Source: Nemertoderma westbladi
Lineage: Eukaryota > Animalia > Xenacoelomorpha
Reading direction: 5' to 3'
Length of the DNA: 34,682 nucleotides
Assembly: GCA_032718475.1 (NCBI GenBank)
Contig: JAUCBJ010005399.1
Location: forward strand, 1-34,682
A program made the translations under genes and the position numbers. The notes under the pieces were generated by a model. The model ran no database searches. It was not told the origin of the DNA and worked only from the letters and a program-made list of their open reading frames with translations. This document shows positions 10,591-23,153 of the stretch, piece by piece (the first letter of the stretch is position 1; each line of letters begins with the position of its first letter).

Positions 10591-11784
10591 TGTCTTACAT
10601 TATGACAGACAGGTTTGCAGACAGTTTTTCCACAATAACTCGAGAACTAAAAGAGATCTCTCTAAGCCGTTTTCAGATTTGAAATCCCCATTGAATTCAT
10701 TAACAAATTTCTGAATTTAATCATAATACAGTAATAAATCATAATAATCATAATCAGACTTTTCAGATTTTCGATATTTAAACCGGTGTCCGGTGTTTCT
10801 AACAGTTCCCAGGTTAAATACATAACGACCTGCTTGTTAATTGTGGAAATTACAAATAGTTAATTTAACTCGAACTTCATGAACTTACCCACAATAAAAG
10901 GCAGATATGATAAATACAGTAAAATGCTGGGCTGCATATCAATGTAACAAATATAAATATAAGTGCATAAGGAAAAATAATTCTTATAGACCATCAATAC
11001 AGTCAAAAACTGTTTGACTGTAGGCCAGGCCTAGTGATATTTCCAAGAAATCCAACTGTTTCAATTTATTTTTAAACACATTGATAGATCGTCATTCCAC
11101 CTTTTCGTGAATAGTATTCAAAATAGTATCTTCACAGGCTACGAAAATGTGTTTCCAGTTGTTTTCGCTTTTTACTACTGTATGTACCGGTACCGATACA
11201 ATAATTATGTAAGTTGTAAAGTTTAATACTGTGTAGGCCTACCCGTTAAAAGTCTGCCGGATATCCGATATCAAAAAGTGCTATCCGATCTACATGCTGG
11301 CCTACAGAAGTAGGGTGAGTGAGGGAGACTTGACTTTAGGGGAGACTGATTTTTTTTTTAATAACTCAAAAACTATTGTAAATGATTTAACAATACCACA
11401 CAAAAATGTGTAAAATACATGTTGAAAATATAAACAGATACAGACTAGTCACAATACGTTTCCTCTAAAGGGAAACACAATCGCCAGACTTGAGCCCTTA
11501 CATAAATAATTAGTCAGACATTTACTTATTTTATTGTGCCGCCACATTTTTAGTGAAATATAATTAGATGATCAACTACCGCAATAGACTGAGCGAAACA
11601 TTGAGCAAATCAATACAATTGTGGGGAAGAGGGAATGAAAGTGATACACTAGAACGGCCTTCCCTTGAAGGTACACTAGCGCAATTACCGTTTCAGTGTT
11701 TCAGACTGGGTGTTTTTACTCGCATTCTTACATGCTTCACTAAACAATCGGAAAGAGTCAAAATATACAAGATGATTCACCGTA

Positions 11785-12003
11785 CTTAGTTCCAAAGCCT
11801 CATGCGAATTTAGTTCCAATGGAAACGAATTTAGTTCCAATTTTGGCGAATTTAGTTCCAATTTAGGCGAACTTAGTTCCAATAACTATAGAAAAACGAA
11901 AATGAATTTAGTTCCAATGCATGCGAATTTAGTTCCAATGGATGCGAACTTAGTTCCAATGCAAGCTAATTTAGTTCCAATGGAAGCGAATTTAGTTCCA
12001 ATG
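11785..12003. repeat. 21-bp minisatellite, ~10 units, core YTTAGTTCCAA
   Basis: Units such as TTTAGTTCCAATGGAAGCGAA with a variable second half. Explains the spurious ELNSPKL and NLVPM ORFs. Confidence 0.9.
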
Positions 12004-12556
12004 TTTCAGGTGTGGGGCGAGCCACGTTGTTTGCGAAGAATCTGTTTAATGACACTATTAGGTGCATGGTTAAATAATAATTGTAAATTACTAACTCAAA
12101 ACGCCCAACCTCCAAACCACAACAATCTTATCCCAAACAACCCCCATCCTCTTAACCCAAACAATTAAATTAAATTCATTTATATTTAATCATTTAAAAT
12201 GATATTCATTGTAAAAAAACAACGCCCAAGCTCTTAACCCAAACTAATACGCCCAACTTCCTAACCCAAACAACGCCCATCCACCTAAACTGAAACAACT
12301 GGTAAATATTGTAATTGGTGTGAAAATGGCACAATGTGCATGACTTGAGTATATAATTCTTCAGACTCAGTCAGTCAGTATCAGTATACACGTGATTAAT
12401 ATTTAATATATATTTGAAAATGTGTAATTATACATTTAATTCATTAATGATGCTTCGTTTTTTAAATATGACGGAAGGATTTTACAATTTAATACAATTA
12501 TTGTTGACCTTCTCATTTTTTATAAACGAATTTATTATTAATGAATAAAAAGTTTA

Positions 12557-13339
12557 CTTGAGGGAGCCCAACGGCTCCTCGGCTCATTAGAACAGGCTGC
12601 TTCTAGTGTTGGTCTCTTTATTAACTCCAAGAAGACCAAAATTTTGACAGTTAACTTTGAAAGTCCTCAGCAAGTCTCTGACCGGATGAGCATAAGCTCA
12701 AAGGATGGTATGCTTGAGCATGTGGACGACTTCTGTTACCTGGGATCATGGATCCGGAAGTCAGGTGACCTTGGAATACGTAAGGGAAAGGCATGGGCAG
12801 CCTTGAATAGGCTTTCCAGGATTTGGAAGTCACCGATAATTAATCGGAAACTTAAGGTCCGATTATTTAGAGCAGCAGTAGTTCCAGTACTACTCTATGG
12901 GAGTCCATGCTGGGCTCTAACTGCTGAGGACACCAAATCTCTGGACGGCACATTCACAAGAATGCTACGCCGGGTTCATTGTGTCAAGTACAATGCACAC
13001 ATCTCCAACCAGACACTATATAACATTGGAGGTCTCTCATTGGTTTCCCCAAGCTTGACACTAGAACAAAATCGCCTCCGCTTTGCAGGACATTGCTTTC
13101 GCCGTGAGGACCAGCCAGTGCATAATCTTGAACTTTGGCAGCCTCATGGAGTAAATAAGCATGGTGGATAGCCCATGACTTTCTTGAGAAGCATCTTAAA
13201 GGACGCTGGCCTTGAAGATGCGGATGATCTAGCAAATGTCATGGGTGATAGGGAGTTGTGGCGGCGCAATTTTGTCGATACGCTGGCACTGCATTCTTAA
13301 AAACGCAGCTGCAATGCAGCATGCCGAAGCTAAGCTAAG
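12557..13339 (+). mobile_element. 5'-truncated RTE-clade non-LTR retrotransposon (RT C-terminal part + 3' end), degenerate
   Basis: LEGAQRLLGSLEQAASSVGLFINSKKTKI...VDDFCYLGSWI...KVRLFRAAVVPVLLYGS...RLRFAGHCFR are typical RTE post-RT motifs. Ends in a (CTAAG)n tail. YADD motif absent. Confidence 0.9.
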
Positions 13340-13626
13340 GGCTTAAAATGGCTCAAATGTGATTTCCGGGTTCCAATTAGGGATAGAACGAGGGTTCCTG
13401 GTAGGGTTCCTGGTAGGGTTGGGGTTTAAGACACATTTTGTCTATAGGGTTTCGACAGGGCGACCCTAACCTTTTGAATAAATAGTGAGAATACCCGAGA
13501 AAAAGTAGAGCTGTGGCAGTGTTAGGCTGTGTCTAATGTTTTCTGTGTACTACAGGGATACCAGACCGAACCACTGACTGTACCGTTGTAATACCTACAC
13601 ATCGATATTGAACTCGAATCGATATT

Positions 13627-13691
13627 TAGCTACAAGCGTTTGGAAAAGGTGTCTCCGGTGATATTTCACCAGATACACTGCAGTTATTCTT
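13627..13691 (-). repeat. Internal fragment related to the 32116-34031 element; represents the uninterrupted (empty) site
   Basis: Reverse complement AAGAATAACTGCAGTGTATCTGGTGAAATATCACCGGAGACACCTTTTCCAAACGCTTGTAGCTA matches 32442-32469 joined to 33807-33843. Confidence 0.8.
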
Positions 13692-14311
13692 ACCTTATCG
13701 TCTGCAAAACTCTTTCGACCCTTTATTAACCTTGCTGACGCTCGGGAGATAAAATGTCTTGAGGATAGTGAAAAAAAGTTTCCCATGTAATAAATAATTA
13801 TTTTAAATAATGTACTGTACAGTAATTCTGAAATTAGTGAAAAAAAATAGGTCTAATTCACTAATTTTAAAAATATTTGATAAAAGGCGGGTTTTTCAAA
13901 TAAAGCCAATTCTACAGTTACTGACATTTTCTTGCTTGCGCACACATATGTATTCTTAAAACCGTATATCTGGCACGTGTTCGCACTTCTGGTCACGGAA
14001 GAAGCGCGCATCGCCCACAAGGTTACATACAGGTCGGGCTATGTTTATCTCGCTCAGGACAGGATCTGTAATTTCTATGAATTAGGGGGGACCGTGATTT
14101 ATTACGGAAGGCCATATGCAACAACTCCCATACAAAATCATTAATGAAATAAAGTAACGTAATGAATTAACAATACATGGTTATTCATTTTTGATACTAA
14201 TATTTGCAATGCAATACTAAAACACGTAGTGACAAATTCGTTGTTCAAACAACCTAAAACATGTGGTGCATTAACGATATTCAATTAACAAGAGCGAAGT
14301 GTTGCCAGTTG

Positions 14312-14319
14312 TATAAATA
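14312..14319 (+). promoter_or_regulatory. TATA box of the serine protease gene
   Basis: TATAAATA 112 bp upstream of the ATG at 14424. Confidence 0.6.
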
Positions 14320-14423
14320 CGGGGAAATAGACAAAAATTATAAAACGTCTAGAGACGACTGAAGTTAGGTCTACTGTTTAAGAGAGTGAAAAGAAACACA
14401 GTAGAGCAACCTACTGTTGTACT

Positions 14424-14564
14424 ATGACGCCATTCATCATTGTTGCGTTGTTGGCTACAACCGCTTTGGCTCAGGAATGCGGACACCCCGCTCTCAGTCC
14501 ACAAATAAATCAGTCTAAAATAGTCAATGGCGAAGAGGCTGGAAGAAACACTTGGCCATGGCAG
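14424..14564 (+). CDS. Serine protease exon 1 (signal peptide, propeptide, IVNG...WPWQ)
   Basis: ATG at 14424; donor CAG|GTAAAT. Confidence 0.92.
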
Positions 14565-17500
14565 GTAAATATTGGACCCAAAGTGTAAATAATAGCACTA
14601 TACGGTACCTCGCTGCTATAGGCATTATAACTTCGTAAACTCTACAGTAGCGTGTTTGGGGTGATTAACAAATAAAATCGCCCATGTGAAGAATACCAGC
14701 ATTTAATTATATAATTAAAGATTTGAACTTTATTAGGCAGAATTTGTAATTTTTTAATTTCTTATTAAATGTTTTATAGCGCTTATTCTATCTTATAACC
14801 TGCATACAGTAGATACTAATTTGCTTATTGTTTTGGTTATATCCAGCCCTTGTGTCACATGGGCTTTTAGTGAAAACCTGGTATTTTTTACATGGGGATA
14901 CACTGCAAAGTGAAATAATGTTTAACAGCAGAAAGTTTGGTATACTGTACTTATCACATGGGCCAATAAAATTAAATTAAAAATAACAATTCAAATAAAA
15001 GCAAACAGTAAAATATAGTAAACAATGTCAGGTTACGGCAAATTAATCAATTTAGAGAAAGGAGCAGGTTTACAGTGGAACTTTATTTTAACCAAATGTT
15101 ACAAAAGTGTATGCCTACTGCGAGCTACAGTACTAACAATTTACATGATTGACACGCATCGATCACTCGTATGGATTATTAATACGGGAATGGATCCGTC
15201 AATTACTCAATAAGGAAGGATATGTGCTCGAACTAAACTTTATACAGTAAATAATCTTCTTAATTATTGTATATACAGTAGGTACTGTATTTGTAATAAT
15301 TCTATTTATTTAAGTAGTGTGATAAAAACAAGTACAGTAACTGTAGAGTCTTAAAAACTGAAGAAATGTAATATATAAATATATAAATAATAAATAACGT
15401 ACAACTTTACAGGGTTTTCTATCCTACTTGAATTTCTTTGAGTAAACCAAATTATTACTTTTATATTTTAGATATCTCTCCAACGTTATGGTTCTCACCA
15501 CTGTGGTGGTAGCATTATTAATTCTGAGTGGATTGTGACTGCCAGTCATTGTACTTACCTAGATTTACCATCTGCTTTTACTGTTGTTGCCGGCGAACAT
15601 AATCTTTTATCCAATGATGGAACAGAGGTAAATATCAGAACCAGTGTAAGTGGAACACGATGTAGAAGGTTCCGCTAGAGCCAGTGTAAGTGGAACACGA
15701 TGTAGAAGGTTGAGCTAGAGCCAGTGTAAGTGGAACACGATGTAGAAGGTTCCGCTAGAACCAGTGTAAGTGGAACACGATGTAGAAGGTTCCGCTAGTA
15801 CCAGTGTAAGTGGAACACGATGTAGAAGGTTGAGCTAGAGCCAGTGTAAGTGGAACACGATGTAGAAGGTTCCGCTAGTACCAGTGTAAGTGGAACACGA
15901 TGTAGAAGGTTGAGCTAGAGCCAGTGTAAGTGGAACACGATGTAGAAGGTTCCGCTAGAACCAGTGTAAGTGGAACACGATGTAGAAGGTTCCGCTAGTA
16001 CCAGTGTAAGTGGAACACGATGTAGAAGGTTGAGCTAGAGCCAGTGTAAGTGGAACACGATGTAGAAGGTTCCGCTAGAGCCAGTGTAAGTGGAACACGA
16101 AGTAGAAAGTTCCGCTAGAGCCAGTGTAAGTGGAACACGATGTAGAAGGTTCCGCTAGAATCAGTGTAAGTGGAACACGATGTAGAAGGTTCCGCTAGAA
16201 CCAGTGTAAGTGGAACACGAAGTAGAAGGTTCCGCTAGAGCCAGTGTAAGTGGAACACGAAGTAGAAAGTTCCGCTAGAGCCAGTGAAAGTGGAACACGA
16301 TGTAGAAGGTTCCGCTAGAACCAGTGTAAGTGGAACACGAAGTAGAAAGTTCCGCTAGAGCCAGTGTAAGTCGAACACGATGTAGAAGGTTCCGCTAGAG
16401 CCAGTGTAAGTCGAACACGAAGTAGAAGGTTCCGCTAGAACCAGTGTAAGTGGATCACGATGTAGAAGGTTGAGCTAGAACCAGTGTAAGTGGAACACGA
16501 TGTAGAAGGTTCCGCTAGAATCAGTGTATGTGGAACACGATGTAGAAGGTTCCGCTAGAGCCAGTGTAAGTCGAACACGATGTAGAAGGTTCCGCTAGAG
16601 CCAGTGTAAGTCGAACACGAAGTAGAAGGTTCCGCTAGAACCAGTGTAAGTGGAACACGATGTAGAAGGTTCCGCTAGAATCAGTGTATGTGGAACACGA
16701 TGTAGAAGGTTCCGCTAGAGCCAGTGTAAGTCGAACACGAAGTAGAAGGTTCCGCTAGAACCAGTGTAAGTGGAACACGATGTAGAAGGTTCCGCTAGAA
16801 CCAGTGTAAGTGGAACACCATGTAGAAGGTTCCGCTAGAACCAGTGTAAGTGGAACACGATGTAGAAGGTTCCGCTAGAATCAGTGTATGTGGAACACGA
16901 TGTAGAAGGTTCCGCTAGAGCCAGTGTAAGAGGAACACGATTTAGAAGGTTCCGCTAGAACCAGTGTAAGTGGAACACGATGTAGAAGGTTCCGCTAGAA
17001 TCAGTGTAAGTGGAACACAATGTAGAAGGTTTCGCTAGAACCAGTGTAAGTGGAACACGATGTAGAAGGTTGAGCTAGAGCCAGTGTAAGTGGAACACGA
17101 TGTAGAAGGTTCCGCTAGAGCCAGTGTAAGTGGAACACGAAGTAGAAAGTTCCGCTAGAGCCAGTGTAAGTGGAACACGATGTAGAAGGTTCCGCTAGAA
17201 TCAGTGTACGTGGAACACGATGTAGAAGGTTCCGCTAGAGCCAGTGTAAGTGGAACACGATGTAGAAGGTTCCGCTAGAACCAGTGTAAGTGGAACACGA
17301 TGTAGAAGGTTCCGCTAGAATCAGTGTAAGTGGAACACGATGTAGAAGGTTTCGCTAGAACCAGTGTAAGTGGAACACGATGTAGAAGGTTGAGCTAGAG
17401 CCAGTGTAAGTGGAACACGATGTAGAAGGTTCCGCTAGAATCAGTGTACGTGGAACACGATGTAGAAGGTTCCGCTAGAGCCAGTGTAAGTGGAACACGA

Positions 17501-20500
17501 TGTAGAAGGTTCCGCTAGAATCAGTGTAAGTGGAACACGATGTAGAAGGTTTCGCTAGAACCAGTGTAAGTGGAACACGATGTAGAAGGTTGAGCTAGAG
17601 CCAGTGTAAGTGGAACACGATGTAGAAGGTTCCGCTAGAACCCATGTAAGTGGAACACGATGTAGAAGGTTCCGCTAGAGCCAGTGCAAGTGGAACACGA
17701 AGTAGAAGGTTCCGCTAGAACCAGTGTAAGTGGAACACGATGTAGAAGGTTCCGCTAGAACCAGTGTAAGTGGAACACGAAGTAGAAAGTTCCGCTAGAG
17801 CCAGTGTAAGTGGAACACGATGTAGAAGGTTCCGCTAGAATCAGTGTATGTGGAACACGATGTAGAAGGTTCCGCTAGAGCCAGTGTAAGTGGAACACGA
17901 TGTAGAAGGTTCCGCTAGAACCAGTGTAAGTGGAACACGATGTAGAAGGTTCCGCTAGAATCAGTGTAAGTGGAACACGATGTAGAAGGTTTCGCTAGAA
18001 CCAGTGTAAGTGGAACACGATGTAGAAGGTTGAGCTAGAGCCAGTGTAAGTGGAACACGATGTAGAAGGTTCCGCTAGAGCCAGTGTAAGTGGAACACGA
18101 AGTAGAAAGTTCCGCTAGAGCCAGTGTAAGTGGAACACGATGTAGAAGGTTCCGCTAGAATCAGTGTAAGTGGAACACGATGTAGAAGGTTCCGCTAGAA
18201 TCAGTGTAAGTGGAACACGATGTAGAAGGTTTCGCTAGAACCAGTGTAAGTGGAACACGATGTAGAAGGTTGAGCTAGAGCCAGTGTAAGTGGAACACGA
18301 TGTAGAAGGTTCCGCTAGAACCCGTGTAAGTGGAACACGATGTAGAAGGTTCCGCTAGAGCCAGTGCAAGTGGAACACGAAGTAGAAGGTTCCGCTAGAA
18401 CCAGTGTAAGTGGATCACGACGTAGAAGGTTCCGCTAGAACCAGTGTAAGTGGAACACGATGTAGAAGGTTCCGCTAGAACCAGTGTAAGTGGAACACGA
18501 AGTAGAAGGTTCCGCTAGAATCAGTGTAAGTGGAACACGATGTAGAAGGTTTCGCTAGAACCAGTGTAAGTGGAACACGATGTAGAAGGTTGAGCTAGAG
18601 CCAGTGTAAGTGGAACACGATGTAGAAGGTTCCGCTAGAACCCGTGTAAGTGGAACACGATGTAGAAGGTTCCGCTAGAATCAGTGTAAGTGGAACACGA
18701 TGTAGAAGGTTTCGCTAGAACCAGTGTAAGTGGAACACGATGTAGAAGGTTGAGCTAGAGCCAGTGTAAGTGGAACACGATGTAGAAGGTTCCGCTAGAA
18801 CCCGTGTAAGTGGAACACGATGTAGAAGGTTCCGCTAGAGCCAGTGCAAGTGGAACACGAAGTAGAAGGTTCCGCTAGAACCAGTGTAAGTGGAACACGA
18901 TGTAGAAGGTTCCGCTAGAATCAGTGTAAGTGGAACACCATGTAGAAGGTTCCGCTAGAACCAGTGTAAGTGGAACACGATGTAGAAGGTTCCGCTAGAA
19001 CCAGTGTAAGTGGAACACGATGTAGAAGGTTCCGCTAGAATCAGTGTAAGTGGAACACCATGTAGAAGGTTCCGCTAGAACCAGTGTAAGTGGAACACCA
19101 TGTAGAAGGTTCCGCTAGAGCCAGTGTAAGTGGATCACGATGTAGAAGGTTCTGCTAGAACCAGTGTAAGTGGAACACCATGTAGAAGGTTCCGCTAGAA
19201 CCAGTGTAAGTGGAACACGAAGTAGAAGGTTCCGCTAGAACCAGTGTAAGTGGAACACGATGTAGAAGGTTCCGCTAGAGCCAGTGTAAGAGGAACACGA
19301 AGTAGAAGGTTCCGCTAGAACCCGTGTAAGTGGAACACGATGTAGAAGGTTCCGCTAGAACCAGTGTAAGTGGAACACGAAGTAGAAGGTTCCGCTAGAA
19401 CCCGTGTAAGTGGAACACGATGTAGAAGGTTCCGCTAGAACCAGTGTAAGTGGAACACGATGTAGAAGGTTCCGCTAGAACCAGTGTAAGTGGAACACGA
19501 AGTAGAAGGTTCCGCTAGAACCCGTGTAAGTGGAACACGATGTAGAAGGTTCCGCTAGAACCAGTGTAAGTGGAACACGAAGTAGAAGGTTCCGCTAGAG
19601 CCAGTGTAAGTGGAACACGATGTAGAAGAACCAGTGTAAATGGAACACCATGTAGAAGGTTCCGCTAGAGCCAGTGTAAGTGGAACACGATGTAGAAGGT
19701 TCCGCTAGAACCAGTGTAAGTGGAACACGAAGTAGAAGGTTCCGCTAGAACCAGTGTAAGTGGAACACGATGTATAAGGTTCCGCTAGAGCCAGTGTAAG
19801 TGGAACACGATGTAGAAGAACCAGTGTAAATGGAACACCATGTAGAAGGTTCCGCTAGAGCCAGTGTAAGTGGAACACGATGTAGAAGGTTCCGCTAGAA
19901 CCAGTGTAAGTGGAACACGATGTAGAAGGTTCCGCTAGAGCCAGTGTAAGTGGAACACGATGTAGAAGGTTCCGCTAGAACCAGTGTAAGTGGAACACGA
20001 AGTAGAAGGTTCCGCTAGAGCCAGTGTAAGTGGAACACGATGTATAAGGTTCCGCTAGAGCCAGTGTAAGTGGAACACGATGTATAAGGTTCCGCTAGAA
20101 CCAGTGTAAGTGGAACACGAAGTAGAAGGTTCCGCTAGAGCCAGTGTAAGTGGAACACGAAGTAGAAAGTTCCGCTAGAGCCAGTGTAAGTGGAACACGA
20201 TGTAGAAGGTTCCGCTAGAGCCAGTGTAAGTGGAACACGATGTAGAAGGTTTCGCTAGAACCAGTGTAAGTGGAACACGATGTAGAAGGTTTCGCTAGAA
20301 CCAGTGTAAGTGGAACACGATGTAGAAGGTTGAGCTAGAGCCAGTGCAAGTGGAACACGAAGTAGAAGGTTCCGCTAGTACCAGTGTAAGTGGAACACGA
20401 TGTAGAAGGTTCCACTAGAACCAGTGTAAGTGGAACACGATGTAGAAGGTTGAGCTAGAGCCAGTGTAAGTGGAACACGATGTAGAAGGTTCCGCTAGAG

Positions 20501-22377
20501 CCAGTGTAAGTGGAACACGATATAGGTTCCGCTAGCAATTAGAGTTTAGTATATATTATATGTGCCGCCATTGTATAAGTTATGGAAATGAATTTATTTC
20601 GCAGAGATTTTTCATGTAGCTAAAGCTAAACATGATCCCGATCCCTGCGTAGCGTTTAGTCTCATTAAATCATTTTTGCTGGAACTAAAACTTTCCAGTC
20701 CCATTACTGGACTCGATTCTACTACCCTGGGACGCAAGACTTGTCTAACAACATGCAAACGGAGACTCAAATTAATGGCAACGGATTGAAACACTACGTC
20801 AAGGTGGGACTCTTATTTATACCATAAAAATATTACATATTGTGCTAAAAAAAACCCTAATATCCTAAGTAACTATTCAAACAGGTTCGCCATGAAGTCG
20901 CATTACTTATTGAACATGAAGGATGGTCTGGACCAGGAATACTCAACGATATTGCGCTCGTTAAACTCGCTACACCTCTCCAGTTCACCGATGCTATCAG
21001 TCCTATATGTCTTCCAGCACAAGATTACGTCCCACCTCATCTCCATAGTGACTGCTATGCCACAGGATGGGGCCGTACTTTAGGTACTGGAGACAACACC
21101 GTCTTGAGACAAGTAGTTTTACCTCCTTGGGATAAAGATATGTAAGTATTTTATGAAGACATTGATGAAATCATTGGGGCAGGTTCGAGGACTAATGTCC
21201 GAAGGGGACGAAGTTCTAAACAGATTAATGTAAATGATCAGGTTATAGTGGCTTAAAATTGAAGGGCTGAGCATAAAAGGTCCTATGAGACCTAACTTAA
21301 CTTACCAATAAGGTTCTGAGATCATATGAACAATACTGCCTGATATCCTGGAGTAAAATAGTCCTATGTACAGTAAAAATCGCATAGAAACAAACAAAAA
21401 AAGGTCTTATGTACAATACTGCCTGATATGCGAAACAATTTTGAAGTTTTTGAAATATGTTTTTTTTTAAGTAAAGATTTTGAAGTACATCTATGTACTT
21501 GCAAGCAAAAATACAGAATGCCAACATCAACTGTAATATGTAGGTAAAAAAAAACCCAAAAGTCTGATTATCTCAGAACGACACTTTTGTCACATAGGAC
21601 CTTTTTATGCTCGGCCCTTCAATATTCTAACCATAACAATAAACGAGACTCAATGGCACAAGTTAATGGCTTGGGAATCAGTTCAACAGGTTCCGCTGAA
21701 ATTAGCTGCCCAAGAAAGTTACTAAAATCCCGTAATCCCTACTAAAATCCCGTACTAATCCCTACTAAAATCCCGTACTAATCCCTACTAAAATCCCGTA
21801 CTAATCCCTGCGTATATTGACAACCGAACGCGGTTTATATTAACAAATAAGCGAAGGGCGGGAAATTTAAACCATACAAGGAAATTAAATAATATAAAAT
21901 AATTAAACTGATTTTGATCAGTACTAATCCCGTACTAATCCCTACTAAAATCCCGTACTAATCCCTACTAAAATCCCGTAATCCCGAACTAATCCATACT
22001 AAAATCCCGTAATCCACGGGTCGGAATGACGTCGTAATAATTTAATAATTTTTGAGATTTTGTGGTCAGAAATACAAATTGAATTTATTTAATTTAATAT
22101 ATTTCACATAATTATTTATAGCTGCATGGCTGAAACTCTATGGGGCCAATCGATTAAACACCCAGGGAAAATTTGCACTGGTATACCTGATGGAAGTTCA
22201 GCTTGTAATGGTGACTCTGGTGGGCCGCTGAGCTGCAACCTGGATGGGCGATGGGTTCTAATTGGAGCAACGAGTTACGGCAGATCGCTAGATTGTTACC
22301 AACCCGATTATCCCACCATTTACGCTAATGTCGCAAATTATAGAAATTGGATTGATCAAAAGATCCAATCGAACTAA
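14424..22377 (+). CDS. Secreted chymotrypsin/elastase-like S1A serine protease, 269 aa; join(14424..14564,15472..15627,20885..21141,22122..22377)
   Basis: Manual splicing with GT-AG at all three introns (phases 0,0,2) gives 810 nt in frame. Signal peptide [16 protein letters not shown], propeptide ECGHP...K|IVNG, WPWQ, TASHC (His), NDIAL (Asp), ACNGDSGGP (Ser). Residue 189 is Ser and 226 is Thr, so specificity is non-tryptic. Confidence 0.93.
15472..15627 (+). CDS. Serine protease exon 2 (ISLQ...HCGGS...TASHC...GTE)
   Basis: TTTTAG| acceptor and GAG|GTAAAT donor; contains the catalytic His. Confidence 0.92.
15637..20535. repeat. 40-bp tandem satellite, ~122 units, inside protease intron 2
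   Basis: Consensus CCAGTGTAAGTGGAACACGATGTAGAAGGTTCCGCTAGA(A/G). Very homogeneous, with two 30-bp deletion units (~19601, ~19791). Confidence 0.98.
20885..21141 (+). CDS. Serine protease exon 3 (NDIALVKL...PICLP...TGWG)
   Basis: AAACAG| acceptor and AT|GTAAGT donor; contains the catalytic Asp. Confidence 0.92.
21261..21620. mobile_element. MITE, 360 bp, ~30-bp TIRs (Sola-like ends), in protease intron 3
   Basis: GAAGGGCTGAGCATAAAAGGTCCTATGAGAC ... GTCACATAGGACCTTTTTATGCTCGGCCCTTC. Flanks AATT / AATA form an imperfect 4-bp TSD. Superfamily is tentative. Confidence 0.75.
21720..22015. repeat. Two blocks of short tandem repeat (TACTAATCCC / TACTAAAATCCCG)
   Basis: Blocks at ~21720-21809 and ~21921-22015, separated by unique AT-rich sequence. 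Confidence 0.85.
22122..22377 (+). CDS. Serine protease exon 4 (GDSGGP to stop)
   Basis: TTATAG| acceptor; ORF-track 22126..22377; contains the catalytic Ser. Confidence 0.93.
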
Positions 22378-23153
22378 ACCTGATTTATCAATTAGCATTT
22401 TGGTTAATGTAGGTGGCAGGAATATGGGTATGCAGATCTACAACATATTAATCTTTACTATTAATGTTTTATAATTATCTAAACCTATTATTATATAGTC
22501 CTAATATATAATATATTGAGCATATATATATATAGAATATATAGAATATATATAGAATATATGGATATGGGGCCTATTCCTAAAAAAACAGCACTTGATC
22601 GTTCATTCTTTGGACTTCTTCACTAATAAATTAATCTTGTCTGGCATTTTACGATTACTAAAACATAGCCCTTGAAAGAAGCTCCAACACCCCATCCTAA
22701 CTAAGCTGTTATTGGTGGTGGTGGGTTTAACAGTGAGAGGACAACAGATACTCCTTTAAAGTGTTTCTGTGTTGTCATTCACTCATAATCAGTTACAAAC
22801 ACACCTATACAATATTATATAGGTATGTTAGTAATAACCCATGTTATGTTTATTATATGGTTTGCAGTGGTTATAAAATTTCTTGTTATTTAATGAGAAA
22901 CGACGTTTGAAACAGCTGTTTGAAACAGGTACCATAATAAACGTGATTTGAAAACGACCATAATAGATGGGATAGTATAATTATTGTCACACAACACAAT
23001 ACAGGTTATTGCTTTATAGTATTTTATGTTGAAACAATGTTTGAATCTGAATTTGTTGCATAATGTAGCACCCCCCCCCCCCCCCCCAGCCCCAAGTAGC
23101 ATTACGTAATATGTGAATGTCTGATATATCCAACTAATTACTATAAATATCCG

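Noticed and set aside
11785-12003. CRISPR-like repeat/spacer pattern and repetitive ORFs (11685..11882, 11902..12168)
   Set aside because: The 21-bp period has related variable halves; it is a minisatellite and the ORFs are artefacts of a unit length divisible by 3.
12100-12300. Telomeric repeat
   Set aside because: Only degenerate TAACCC/CCCAAAC-like words, with no tandem TTAGGG array; more likely a TE-associated low-complexity tract.
15641-15680. Hammerhead ribozyme satellite
   Set aside because: No CUGAUGA...GAAA core on either strand of the unit.
15637-20535. CRISPR array
   Set aside because: Units are contiguous near-identical 40-mers with no unique spacers, inside a spliceosomal intron, and there are no cas genes.
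20892-21083. 63-aa ORF
   Set aside because: Wrong frame of protease exon 3.
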